NCBI GenBank assembly: GCA_964016885.1
Contig: CAXHJY010000081.1
Location: forward strand, 35,638-99,637
Length of the DNA: 64,000 nucleotides
Direction of reading: 5' to 3'
Source of the DNA: Eledone cirrhosa
Lineage: Eukaryota
Each line of letters starts with the position of its first letter. The first letter of the stretch is position 1. Below, one piece after another: positions 26,901-40,037 of this stretch. The translations under genes were made by a program, and so were the position numbers. The notes under the pieces were generated by a model. The model had not been told where the DNA came from and searched no databases. It saw only the letters and a list, made by a program, of their open reading frames with translations.

Positions 26901-27639
26901 GCCAAGCAATTCTATGGTTGAAAAAGTGTCTCCAAACGTAAGCTCCACCGATACTAAACTGATAATTAAAATGGGATTCAATTAAATTTGGTTAATTTAA
27001 AACAAAAAGAACTGAACTTATAAACATTTGCTTCTGTGGTTTAACTCCAAATGAAGCCATGTTTGAAAGTATGACTCAAGTGAAACTGTATTGAACTACG
27101 ATTTAAGCACTTACAAAAACGAAGCGATTCTTTGATGCATTGGAATTTTAAAAGGTAGGGATCCACTTTAATATCATTATTAAAAATAATGAACTATTTA
27201 TATTCAAACTAACCCACTAACAATCTTTATATATACGTATTGCAATGGGAGGGAGTTGGAATTAAAAAGAGAAAAAAATGAATTTGCTAAATTTATTTTT
27301 CAGGATCGTATAAAAACATAAAATAAATTTGACTTTGGAACGTCTGTTTAAATGTTTTGTTGTGTTCTTTTCAGTTTTCTGAGCTCTGACTACAAAGCCC
27401 ATCGGGGTCAACTTTTCCCTTCATCTTTTCGAGATGGAGAAATAAAGCACCAGTCTATTACTGGGGTAGATTCTTCCTTCCACCCCCTCTGAGACCTAGA
27501 GAGAGAGGGATGGACTCTTCTAGGTTTAAATATAGAAGAAATCGGTTGTTTAGACTTGGAGAGGTATGAGCCCTTCTAGGTTTAAATATAGAAGAAATCG
27601 GTTGTGTTTAGATCTGGAGAAGGATGGACTCTTCTTGGT

Positions 27640-27785
27640 CCCTACTCACCACCATAGGTGCTGAGCTGGCCAGCTGCAGGTGTGAGCCTCGCGAGATGGA
27701 ATGGCTCTTCCAGCGCATCTCCCTTATCACCCTCCGGGGAAATGCCTTCTCCATTCTGTCTGCCGGGGCTGTGGGGGCAGCCAGC
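27640..27785 (+). pseudogene. CRE-like RLE C-terminal fragment
   Basis: LLTTIGAELASCRCEPREMEWLFQRISLITLRGNAFSIL, homologous at DNA level to 17690-17830. Confidence 0.75.
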
Positions 27786-28063
27786 ACGTGCGACCACATT
27801 TGCTCACCATACTGTGAGATGGGGAGGGTGAGAGAGATGGAGGCAGTGACAGTGGGAGTTCGGCTCTCCTGTCTTCTGGCCCATTGCACCGTTCTAACCA
27901 CATGCCCACAGTATTGGAAACAAATTGTAATATGGAATAAACTTGAGAAAATGGTATATATTGAGTTAGAAACTAAAAATAGTCTCTTACAATGTATGTT
28001 TATATCTGTGTTTATCTCTCTTTTATATTCATATATATATATCTATATATTCATAAATATATC

Positions 28064-28097
<34 letters not shown>

Positions 28098-28629
28098 TCA
28101 AAGGAACCTCATTTGTTCCTTGAAGGCCGTTCGTCACTCAAAATGTTCGTAAACAGAAATCGGTTTAGACCTGGAGAACAACTGGTTCCGCTAGTTTTAA
28201 AGGCCCAAGATGTATTCCACGACTGGGTCCCTATAACAGCATCAGGAGTTAGGGCCCAATGATTGATCGATGGATGGAACACGTAAAAAGCCGAAGAATT
28301 TTCTTTAAAGAAAATGAAGAATAAATTAAGATGGCGGAGCTGGGGTGTTCAGAACTTATTTAAAAAAAAAATTTACTAACAAATTAAAAAAATTTGTTCT
28401 AACTTCTAACAGAATATAGTCTTGTCATTTTGTCCGCAGGGAGCGGCTGACACACTGCTCAAAGTGGGGTATGGTGTCTGCTCCTCTCCACGCTTTTGTT
28501 TCTTGCATCTTTTTTCTTTTTCTTCTTTTTATTGCCTGTTTTTTTTCTTTCTATTTTTTGGTTCCCTGTAATAGTATGTATTGTTTTTTTTTTGTATAAA
28601 AAAATATAAAAACTATTAAACAACCAATG

Positions 28630-28671
<42 letters not shown>

Positions 28672-28884
28672 TAAATCATGTCTATAGAATCAATCAGATA
28701 TTAAAATATATACTATTTCTTCTTCTAATTAGCATAATTAACCATATACATGATTCTATAGACATGATTTATGATATAATGCTCTGATTTTTTGATTTTA
28801 ATTTATTAATTCTTCATTGAGCTTAAAAGTGAACAGTTGCAACACATATATATATCTTTAATTTAATTTTATGTATATGATAAC

Positions 28885-28918
<34 letters not shown>

Positions 28919-29004
28919 CCAAAGATTAATATGGTTCGTTGATTACTCATTGAATACAATTTTACAATAGACCGTAGCGGTATGTCATATATCAAATCAT
29001 ATAT

Positions 29005-29069
29005 TTTATCTGATGAGGACGTACTGGAAAAAAAAAACAATACAGTACCTTTGAAATATATATAATAAA
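29005..29069 (+). ncRNA. Type I hammerhead ribozyme
   Basis: tttat-CTGATGA-gga.gtactg...cagtac.ttt-GAAA-tatata-TA-ataaa. Confidence 0.75.
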
Positions 29070-29115
29070 GCATATATTTTGATTATGTGAATATCTTTCA
29101 TTTGTTAATATTTTG

Positions 29116-29157
<42 letters not shown>

Positions 29158-29223
29158 CGTTTCTGAATTTGTTTAGCAAGATTCTTTATCTGAAAACGTG
29201 TGTTGAAACCGATATTGTTATAC

Positions 29224-29552
29224 TTTGGGAGGGTCATGTTGCCAATAAGAAACACACGCACCAGTTGCTTTCACTCCAATTTATTATAAATTAAATTTAT
29301 AAATTTAAGAATTGGGCGTAGGACAGAACAAAGGAGAGGCACAAAACAAAGAAAAGAATCCCCAGTCACTGAAGAGGTCACAGAATGTGTGACGAAAGAA
29401 CTTTGACAATATATGAACAACCGTCCGGTTGTGGAACCAACCAACCAACCGGAAATTTATAAATTCTTAAATTTATAAATTTAATTTATAATAAATTGGA
29501 GTGAAAGCAACTGGTGCGTGTGTTTCTTATTGGCAACATGACCCTCCCAAAG
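29224..29552. mobile_element. Cassette with inverted repeats of about 88 bp enclosing a hammerhead
   Basis: tttgggagggtcatgttgcc...aagaatt is mirrored at about 29462-29552; (TA)n lies near both ends. Confidence 0.75.
29365..29407 (+). ncRNA. Type I hammerhead ribozyme
   Basis: gtca-CTGAAGA-g-gtcaca gaatg tgtgac-GAAA-gaac-TT-tgac. Confidence 0.75.
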
Positions 29553-29713
29553 CATAACAATATATATATATATATAACGATATATATATATATATATATA
29601 TAACGATATATATATATAACGATTTTGTTTGGAAATATTGTGGTATTCCATAACCTCCATTTGATGTCGCCTCCATCCATCTACCCCCCCCCCTCTCTCC
29701 ATTCATCGATCTA

Positions 29714-29760
<47 letters not shown>

Positions 29761-29912
29761 ATCTATCTATCTATCTATCCATCCATCTCTCTCTCCATTC
29801 ACCGATCTATCCATCTCTCTCTCTACCTACCTATCTATCCATCTCTCCCTATCTCTACTTACCTATCTATCCATCTCTCCCTCTCTTTCTCTCTCTCTCT
29901 CTCTCTCACTAC

Positions 29913-30014
<102 letters not shown>

Positions 30015-30217
30015 CTCTATCCATCCATCTCGCTCTCCATTCACCGATCTATCCATCTCTCTCTCTCTACCTATCTATCTATCCATCTCTCCCTCTCTTT
30101 CTCTCTCTCTCTCTATATATATATATAAACTTACATATACCTATCTATCTATCGATCAATCGATCCAGCCATCGATCTATATCTCCAGCCATCTTTATTT
30201 CCTTCTCAATAACTTAC

Positions 30218-30337
30218 CACCAAGTTAATTGAAAAACTACTATTTTGGCCAAATAATCACCTCGCTTGACCTTTTCTTCAGCCACGGCTACTTTATAGCT
30301 TCTTACACTTGACCTTTGCTGTTTCCCTTTTTCCCGT
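30218..30337 (-). CDS. Candidate 120-nt exon ([39 protein letters not shown])
   Basis: Acceptor tttctgtgtag| and donor TG|gtaagt, with one open frame. Product not recognised; may be non-coding. Confidence 0.25.
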
Positions 30338-30745
30338 CTACACAGAAATGGCAATGTACTCAGTCAGTGGCTTACGTACGACTCCACACGTTCATTGTTA
30401 TCTCCCTTGATACAAAACCTCTTTTTTTTTTCATGTAATTTCTACTATTGGCATTTTTTTTTAATTGTTATTGCTCCTTTACTAGTTCATGCTGCAGGGC
30501 ATGCGGCCATGCTTGGGCATTTTTATGGCTCTTTTATTAGCTTTATTAGTTTAACATTTTTACACTCTTTCTTTCTTTCTTTCTTTTTTCTCTATCTTTC
30601 TTTCTTTTTTCTCTCTATCTTTCTTTCTTTCTTTTTTCTCTCTATCTTTCTTTCTTTCTTTTTTCTCTCTATCTTTCTTTCTTTCTTTTTTTTCTCTCTT
30701 TCTTTCTTTCTTTCTTTCTTTATCTTTCTCTCTCTCTTTCTTCCT

Positions 30746-30811
<66 letters not shown>

Positions 30812-31030
30812 GACCATTTGAGATTGCATGCCCTCAGATGAGATTCTGGTTTTGCTTGATTAACAACTGTGACGAGCAGTTTGGGACTGCAGTCTGGTCT
30901 ATAACACAAATATGGATCTTCAGCCACCAATTTCTGAATCTTTTGTAACTGAGCCGAATCAATAACGACCTCAATGTGAAACCTCATTTTGTTCTTTTTA
31001 ATATATATATATAGCCCTAGGAAAGGAAAA

Positions 31031-31115
31031 TGCTTCTCTGATGAGCTTTGATTTTCCATTAGAAATCCATTGGATTTCTGATGTTTTACAAAGCGAAACC
31101 GATCGGTAAGGGTCA
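31031..31115 (+). ncRNA. Type I hammerhead ribozyme with a long stem II
   Basis: ttct-CTGATGA-gctttg...agaaatcca t tggatttct...caaagc-GAAA-ccgatcgg-TA-aggg. G10.1-C11.1 present; palindromic stem III. Confidence 0.8.
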
Positions 31116-31320
31116 AAAGAATAGGTAAATATTTAAATTATATTTTTTAATTTATTTTAAAAAATTGGTTGAATTTTGCTTGTTCTGCTTATCTTAATAT
31201 TATAGCTCTGGTATGTCAAATTAATACCATAGAACAACCTTAAATCATAGACAACCTATATATTTCCAGGGGTACTTAGTACCCACGGGCATATTAACTT
31301 CTTCTATATATATATATATA

Positions 31321-31865
31321 TGTAACTGAACTCTTCTATTGTTTTGCTTGGCGGAGATTCGAAATCGAATCTAAAAAATCTCGCCTCTAAAATCACCTAT
31401 TGTTAGGCGTTCTTACCATTGTCTTGTCAAAAGACAACTATGATAAATGTTATATACCACTTGACCTGTGACCCCCAGACACTTGACAGACGATAGGCAG
31501 ATGGTCTGGCTATTATCTCAAAAAACCGTATACACGTTCTTCTAGCTATACTATAGCTAGAAGAACGTGTATATGGTTGTTGAGAATACTATAGCTGCTA
31601 TAAATACAAACTCACCGAGAGTCAAATCAGAGATAGTGTCTAACACAGACGACAGAGGAACCGTTCTACTAACACTATGGATTCTCTTCACGAATACAGT
31701 TATCTAGCTACTATTCTCTCACATGTCTTACTCGTTCGACAGACAGACAGTGAATTAGAGAGAGGGACTGACCGTTACTACAGAAATTGTGTGGCCTTGT
31801 GTACAGGATTATTGTAATAAATATCGTATTTTGAGCTGATATAACCTTTTCACCTCCATCTTACG
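31321..31865 (+). mobile_element. Possible solo LTR
   Basis: Starts TGTAAC, with a TATA-like ctataaata near 31598 and AATAAA near 31817. Ends ttac(g) rather than CA. Internal hairpin at 31516-31585. Confidence 0.3.
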
Positions 31866-31886
31866 AGTTTTTATATTTGAAAACGA

Positions 31887-31934
<48 letters not shown>

Positions 31935-32833
31935 GGTTGAGTAATGATTCATGAGCGTTTTTTTTTTATTCAAAAATGCACAGACCAAAACACTTAGGCA
32001 AAAAAAACGCTCATGAATTATTACTCAATCTAATATATTAGAAATAGCTTTCACCGCATTTTTGGCTAAAGGAATTTAGCCTGATAATGGAGTTTAGAAC
32101 CGTCTAAGAAATGGAAAAAACCCCACTATTAGGCTAAAATTTCTTTAGTCAAAAATACGGTGAAAGCTTCTATTTCTAATTTCAAACTCGCTCGCTGCTT
32201 CAAAACATACTTGTCATATATATATATATATATTAATTATAGTGTACTAAGTTGAGAGTAATGATCTGACTGGTCTTAACTGGTAACATCTATGTATCTA
32301 TCTCTCTACCTATCTCTCTATCTACCTTCTCTGTATATAAACCTGTCTGTAGGTTGTGGAAGAGAGCAAAAGGAAGAAAGGATCACTTGCACAACATGCT
32401 CCTGGAGTTGAGGGTTGTTCTATCTACGGGGTATAAAACAACCCGTTTGTAACGCCTCCCTACTATTGGGGATTTCGATTGTTAAATTTGTTTGTTTTAA
32501 TAATATTTTTATACGATTTTATGTAAAATCCCCAGCATGTGTCTTTGTATTGTTCCCTTTTCTTGTGCGCCCTTGTGGCAAATAAAGAAATCTATCTATC
32601 TATCTATTTTTCTATCCGGCATGTTCAGCTTCCAGTATCCGGCTCCCTGTCTATGCGTTCTATCATGGTTGATTATGCAGGTGACTAGTTTCTGGTCTGA
32701 ATAGGCAACCATGTACATTTGTGGAAGCTTAACATTTTTCTGTCTCTCTCTCTCTAATTAAGAATCTATTATCTGTCTATTTATCTATCTATCTATCTCT
32801 ATCTATCTATCTCCTGTGGCTAATAAAGAAACA

Positions 32834-32943
<110 letters not shown>

Positions 32944-33074
32944 GTACCAGTCCAGTGATTTGATCGATGTCCCCCCCCTCTCTCTCGTATTTTTACTGCC
33001 CTGGTTATCAATTGATTAATATTAGCTGTATTAATTTTTTTAGTAGTTGTTGTTGTTGTTCTTCTTCTACGCCC

Positions 33075-34140
33075 TTTTATTCCTGAGAGGGTCGTGGGGC
33101 GTAGAGTCCTCAAACACTTCTTCCACCGGGTCCTCCTGTCAGAAGCAACCATTTCCAACTGATCTGCCTGGATCCCCAAGCGAGACCAGCCAAGCTCATG
33201 GATGTTATCCAACCATCTTGTTCAAGGTCTGCCCCTGGGTCTCCTCCCAGTTGGTTTTGTCCGTAAAATCTGCTCAGTGATTCTTTCCTGAGACATTCTA
33301 ACCACATGTCCATAGTATCAGAGCTGTGGTCTCTCAATTCAGAGAAGTAGCAGCTCTACCTGGAGTGACTCTCTAATCTTTGAGCTACAAATATCTCCAG
33401 CGATTCTTTCCTGAGACATTCTAACCCCATGTGCATAGTATCAGAGCTGTGATCTCTCAATTCAGAGAAGTAGTGGCTCTACCTGGAGTAACTCTCTAAT
33501 CTTTGAGCTACAAATATCTCCAGCGATTCTTTCCTGAGACATTCTAACCACATGCCAATCGTATTGGAGCTGTGATCTCTCAATTCAGAGAAGTAGTGGC
33601 TCTACCTGGAGTAACTCTCTAATCTTTGAACTACAAATATCTCCAGCGATTCTTTCCTGAGACATTCTAACCACATGTCAATCGTATTGGAGCTGTGATC
33701 TCTCAATTTGGAGAAGTAGCAGCTCTATCTGGAGTAACTCTCTAATCTTTGAACTACAAATATCTCCAGCGGTTCTTTCCTGAGACATTCTAACCACATG
33801 TGCATAGTATCGGAGCTGTGAATTTGGAGAAGTAGTGGCTCTACCTGGAGTGACTCTGATCTCCCTCTACACACTTTATCGAGTAACTTTACTACTCCAA
33901 GGATCCTTCAGAAGAACCCATTTCTGTCGCTTGTATTCACGATCGTATTCTTTCGGTCATTACACAAGATTCATGACCATAGGTAAGAGTTGATACGAAC
34001 ACCAAATTGAAGTTAGCGAATTTGACATTTACACCTACCTCCTGTCTTCTGATGACCAAGTGCTGAAACTGTTGCATTACTGCACCAGCTCCTGCAATTC
34101 TTGCACTTAATTCAGCCTACTACATTCTAGCACTCGTGAA
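33075..34140 (-). mobile_element. RTE-like LINE 3' fragment with a 123-bp internal tandem amplification (about 5 copies)
   Basis: Translation includes WMDNIHELGWSRLGI...VASDR. ttctttcctgagacattcta occurs at 33281, 33404, 33527, 33650 and 33773. Confidence 0.75.
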
Positions 34141-34507
34141 CATAAGTAATTTGTGGGATATATCGATAAGTCGCTGCTCAAATTGAACTATCGTTGATTG
34201 CCCTGATCAATTTTTGCCACGGCACTCTACCGAGTGCCGTAGAGATATACTCTGCATCTGTTTAACCACCGACAGTAGGACTGTGAGTGGCATGATATTG
34301 CAGTACCATGCATTGGTTACATTGGTAACCAAATCTTGTGGTTTTGTCAACCTATTAATATATATACATATATATATTAATAGGTTTAATAAATATTTGC
34401 TCTACGGTTTTTATATATTTGATATATATTTATCCTTATCGAGGCCTCTTTGGATTTTAGTCTTCAAATTTATTATTATTACTATACACACACACACACA
34501 CGCACAC

Positions 34508-34652
<145 letters not shown>

Positions 34653-34912
34653 ATATATGGAACAATCACAGCGAATAATTTGTTAAGAATGTAAGCACAC
34701 ATAGCTAAGTAGGTAACCAATTAAAGTTTAACTAGAACTTCAAATATAGATACCTTTTAAAATGATTAATCTCCTTTATATATATATATATATGTCAATC
34801 TATTTCTAGTTGATATGAAATGCTCGGATCTATTCATTGGAATCTTTGAGCTTATTCTACAGTTGGTATAGCGCATGTCTCTCAGACATGACAACCCTTA
34901 ATTTAATTTTGG

Positions 34913-34940
<28 letters not shown>

Positions 34941-34944
<4 letters not shown>

Positions 34945-35130
34945 AAGGAATTGTGGTAAGGAACCAGATGGACCATAACGCACCAGAGTACTCAATACTT
35001 AGGGTAGTAGAGTGGGAAATAGGAAAAGGTATGACCCCCGACGGCAAAGCTCAAGCCATTTCGTCGGCTATTTCTGGAAATAGCCGTCGAAACGGCTTGA
35101 GCTCTGCCGTCGGGGTCATACTTTTTCCTA
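34941..35130. mobile_element. Family B fold-back element
   Basis: Homologous to 5641; arms ggaaaaggtatgaccc...ggggtcatactttttcc. Confidence 0.75.
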
Positions 35131-35150
35131 TATATATATTTATATATATA

Positions 35151-35419
35151 TAAAGAGGAAAATGCGAAGTTGAAAATGTTAGGGTCCATTATTAATTGAT
35201 AAAAAGGTAACATTTCCGAGTCAATTATTGGTGGAAGGGAGCGGACTAAAAAATGTGTGTTACCTTTTAATCAATTTTTGCTATCGTCATTGAAATATGT
35301 ATAACGATATCTATCGTCATTGAAATATGTATAACGATATCTATCGTCATTGAAATATGTATAACGGCTCAATTAATAAAGGAACCTAACATCTTCAACT
35401 TCGCATTTTCCTCTTTATT
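35151..35419. repeat. Inverted-repeat cassette (arms about 48 bp) with an internal 30-bp x3 tandem
   Basis: taaagaggaaaatgcgaagttgaa pairs with ttcaacttcgcattttcctcttta. Confidence 0.8.
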
Positions 35420-35498
35420 AATACACTCCGCCATCCTTGTTTTTAGGAAGTAATATGACGTTGAGTGCTAGAAGTGAATTGCATCCTTATTTACCGAA

Positions 35499-35530
<32 letters not shown>

Positions 35531-35553
35531 ATATATAGTTTTAATATAGATGA

Positions 35554-35602
35554 GATTCTACAGGACTAGAACTGTTTCATTCTTTAGAAATCATCAGGAA
35601 TC
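35554..35602 (-). ncRNA. Type I hammerhead, family A (single arm)
   Basis: Same sequence as 4002-4050. Confidence 0.8.
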
Positions 35603-35625
35603 TGGGTATCAAAAAATAAATATCA

Positions 35626-35666
<41 letters not shown>

Positions 35667-35667
35667 A

Positions 35668-35711
<44 letters not shown>

Positions 35712-35825
35712 GTGATGGAAACATGATTGCGTTTTATGTAGTTAAATGTAGTGAAATAACCGACATCATCTCCATGGTAATCGCTCAATAAATCACTCAA
35801 TAAACTTCATTGCCCACAGACCTTC

Positions 35826-35867
<42 letters not shown>

Positions 35868-35875
35868 CACACGCG

Positions 35876-35942
<67 letters not shown>

Positions 35943-36316
35943 TGTAAATGATACATATGTATCATTGCCAATATATATATACACACACACAAAATTATAT
36001 AATTCCATTTTTATATTCATATCAACACCTTTCTCTCTCTCTCCTCTCTCTCTCTCCCCCCTCTCTCTCTACCCCCCCCTCTCTCTCTATCCCCTCCCCC
36101 TCTCTCTACCCCCCTCTCTCTACCCCCCCTCTCTCCCCTCTCTCCCCCTCTCTCCCCCCTCTCTCTCTACCCCCCCTCTCTCTCACCTAATTAAATACCT
36201 TTTTTCATAAAAAAAATTATTCCTACTCCATTAAACTAGACCGACAGATGGCGCCATTGTTTCGCTCCTCCGGCCTTCCCTTCCCTCCTGGCTGGACCAT
36301 TTACTCATTAGCACTT

Positions 36317-37070
36317 TGGTGGTGGTGGTGGTGGTGTAGTGGTGGTGGTGGTGGTGTTGTAGTGGTGGTGGGGGGTAGTGGTGGTGTTGTGGTAGTGGTG
36401 GTGGTGGTGTTTATGGTGGTGTTTATGGTGGTGGTGGTGGTGGGGGTGTTGTGGTAGTGGTGGTGTTGTTGTTGTAGTGGTGGTGGCGGTGTTGTTGTGG
36501 TGGTGGTGGTGGTGATGGTGATGGTGGTGTTTATGGTGGTGGTGGTGGTGGGGGTGTTGTGGTAGTGGTGGTGGTGTTGTTGTAGTGGTGGTGGCGGTGT
36601 TGTTGTGGTGGTGGTGGTGGTGATGGTGATGGTGGTGTTTATGGTGGTGGTGGTGGTGGTGGTGTTGTGGTAGTGGTGGTGATGGTGGTGTTTCTGGTGG
36701 TGGTGGTGGTGGGGGGGGGGTAGTGGTGGTGGTGGTGATCTTGTAGTGGTGGTGGGGGTGTTGTGGTGGTGGTGGTGGTGGTGATGGTGGTGTTTATGGT
36801 GGTGGTGGTGGTGTTGTGGTAGTGGTGGTGGTGATGGTGGTGGTGGTGGTAGTGGTGGTGGGGGTGTTGTGGTAGTGGTGGTGGTGGTGGTGATGGTGGT
36901 GTTGGTGGTGCTTGTAGTGGTGTGATGATGGTGGTGGTGGTGGTGCTGGTAGTGGTGCGATGGTGGTGCTGGTAGTGGTGTGATGGTGGTGGTGCTGGTA
37001 GTGGTGTGATGGTGGTGGTGCTGGTGGTGGTGCTGGTAGTGGTGTGGTGGTGGTGGTGGTGCTGGTGACG
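36317..37070. repeat. (GGT)n-derived tract
   Basis: Directly visible. Confidence 0.9.
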
Positions 37071-37602
37071 GTGTCGCCGACATCGTTGTCCTCTTGGTGG
37101 TAGTGGTAGTTTTTACAATCTCCCCCTTCCAGACGACCCCTATGTCTTGTCCATAAAAATCCCCCATGCCCACCTCAACCCCACCACATGCCCACTTCAC
37201 TTCTACAATACAACACTTCTTCCGCCAATAACGTTCAACAAAGCCCTCCCGTACTCCGACCCCCCGACACCCCCCACCCTTCATACCCCACAAATGCTCA
37301 TTTGTACGGCTACAATAATTACCCGTGCAACTACAGCAAGTCCGATACATAACTGTATTTTCAAAAAAGGGGTGCCCCTTCCGGTCATCCCTTCCCTTCG
37401 TAATGAAAAGGGCACGGGTGTCAGCAAACCTTGTCTCCCCACCCTTATATGTCCAATGAAAGGCTCTGACCTTCAATTTCAAGTAATTTTGAAAATAATT
37501 AAGAATTTGGAGCGATTTAGTAAAATAACAAACTTTCTCGTTTATCAAGCTGGTATTTGGAACATAACTTAACATGTTCTTATACACACACACACACACA
37601 CA

Positions 37603-37638
<36 letters not shown>

Positions 37639-37807
37639 CACACGCGCACGCGCACACGCGCACGCGCACACGCACACGTATGTAGATTTTGAGTATATGT
37701 TGGTTGTATACCAACACTTCAGTATGCAGGTTGGTTTGGTTACTCCAGAGTAATGTAAAATAAAGTTAAATAAAAGTCAAATGATTAAAATTTATCTTCG
37801 TTTATTA

Positions 37808-37860
37808 CTGCTATATATATTTCAGTGACAGCCATCTTTGGCTGTGACCTCTTCAGGCAG
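37808..37860 (-). ncRNA. Type I hammerhead ribozyme
   Basis: Reverse complement ctgc-CTGAAGA-ggt.acagcca aaga tggctgt.act-GAAA-tatata-TA-gcag, followed by taataaa. Confidence 0.85.
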
Positions 37861-38110
37861 TCCGAATTAGTTGTTGAGGTGTATAATATTGTCAATACTC
37901 TGATATGTCTAGTTCCTGGTTGGGTTGTTATTTCACTGAGGAACTGAATTCAAACAAACGAATTTCAGTGTCAAAGGTCCTCTTCGCCTCTCATTGGTCA
38001 GTTACTAGAACATTCCTCATTCTAAGTGTTGTTATTGTTGGAGTTAGCTTAAAAAATTGCTAAAGTGGTAGAAGGGACAAGGTGTTAAAGGAACATGTAT
38101 GTATATATAT

Positions 38111-38282
38111 AATTGTTTCTACTTTAGGCACAAGGCCAGCAACTACCCTAGTGTATTACTGGTACTTTATTTTATCGACCCCGTAAGGATGAAAGGCAAA
38201 GTTAACCTCGGCGGGATTTGAACGCAGAATGGCAAGGGCCGTAACTCAATGCGTCAAAGCATGGCGTTCGACACTCTACCGA
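38111..38282 (-). mobile_element. tRNA-derived SINE copy
   Basis: Reverse complement of the dominant family. Confidence 0.9.
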
Positions 38283-38340
38283 AATATATATATATATATA
38301 TATTCATATATATATATGTGTCTATATATATATATATGAA

Positions 38341-38383
38341 TCCTGATGATTTCTCACGAATGAAACAGTTCTAGGCCTGTAGA
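38341..38383 (+). ncRNA. Hammerhead motif, family A variant with truncated stem I
   Basis: tc-CTGATGA-tttctcacgaat-GAAA-cagttctaggcctg-TA-ga, between (TA)n tracts. Confidence 0.6.
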
Positions 38384-38389
38384 AGCTTT

Positions 38390-38443
<54 letters not shown>

Positions 38444-38777
38444 ATGTGTGTGTATGTATACACACATCATACCCAACTTTCAGTAATGACCTTTTGCTTG
38501 GATTTATACACGAATGGCTTTTATATTTTCCTCCTCTTCTTATATACTCTCTCTCTCCCCCCTCTCTCTCTCAGTTTCTCTCTCTCCCCTCTCTCCCTCC
38601 GTCTCCTTGAAAATCCATCCATCCCTACTTAAAGTCCCTTCGTTTCGTTTCTGTAAAATAAAAAAAATGAAAAAAAAAAATACTAAAAAAAAACACAAAA
38701 AAAACCTTTCAACAACCAAGTAAAACAAATATTTCGTTTTTTCACTTTATTTTCATTTTTATTTTTATATTTTCCCA

Positions 38778-38815
<38 letters not shown>

Positions 38816-39082
38816 AGGATAAGGGGGGGGGGGGACAAATTCTGTACTGGTTTGAACCCTCTCAAGAGACTCAACCTTTCCTATCAATGCTATAACCCCC
38901 TGTTCCCCTTCCTCTCACCCCCCCCCCCTCTATTTTTTCTCCCCCCCCCCCCTCATTGCTTTCTTACCAATCATCCCCGCCCTCTTGCAACCGCTACATA
39001 CATTGCTCTTGTCGAATTCTCAAGAATATTCTTTTACAAATAAAACCCCTGTTGGTTAGTAATAGCTAAGTCCAGCACTCAC

Positions 39083-39144
39083 CTACCCGGCCGCCTACCC
39101 GCATACCCCCGGGGCTTAATCGGTATGGAGAACGTTCACTGTTG
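39083..39144 (-). CDS. Candidate 62-nt exon (NSERSPYRLSPGGMRVGGRV)
   Basis: Pyrimidine-rich acceptor ...tcattccag| and donor AG|gtgagt, with an open frame. Product not recognised. Confidence 0.3.
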
Positions 39145-39579
39145 CTGGAATGACATGATGACAGAAGAAGCTAGCAGTGTGCAGGTTGATGGAGGGGAAG
39201 GGCAGGAAGGTAACAGAAAGAAAGGGCCTCTTGTTGGTTGATGGAGTGCAGGAGAGAGGGGATAAGTTGAAAGCCAGGTGGGAGATGATGATCAAATAAT
39301 TTTAGCCACCATTGCTAACCTGATCCAATGTAAAGTTTAACGTTGTGAGACATGGGGAGCCCTTACCGACTCAGCCATCAACGAGAAAGCGTTTCAACCG
39401 ATATTTTAACCAGATGCCCATAGTATCGGAGCTGTGATCTCTCGATAAAGAGAAGTAGCGGCTTTACCTGGAATGATACACCTTCAATGGTTCCCTTATA
39501 CAATCCACGATGTAACGTATGCATTTGTTATTGTGATGGGGACGGTATCTTCAAATGAAAATCCGATTATGTGATATGC

Positions 39580-39719
<140 letters not shown>

Positions 39720-39990
39720 TAGATAAAACCAAATATGTATATATGTATATATATTTGTTTAAATATATATATATATATATTTTTTTTTTTATGGAGATAA
39801 TTTGTTTAAATAACAGATTAAAGTTTAAGCAAAGAATCGCTGCTCTACGGTTTTTATATATTTGATATATATATTTATCCTTATCGAGCCCTCTTTGGAT
39901 TTTAGTCTTCAAATTTATTATTATTATTATTATGTCCCCTACATGTCGGCCCTTGTGGCTAATAAATGATATCATTATTATTATTATTAT

Positions 39991-40028
<38 letters not shown>

Positions 40029-40037
<9 letters not shown>

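Noticed and set aside
30985-31116. Minus-strand peptide FLMENQSSSEKHFPFLGL resembling a Penelope RT thumb motif
   Set aside because: No upstream YxDD motif; the same bases are better explained by the plus-strand hammerhead.
34049-34075. CTGATGA...GAAAC core
   Set aside because: No helices, and it lies inside a LINE coding remnant; likely a chance match.
37080-37570. Possible L1/Tx1-like C-terminal remnant (LNYFQNYLKLKVR)
   Set aside because: The resemblance is weak and from memory; no diagnostic motif.
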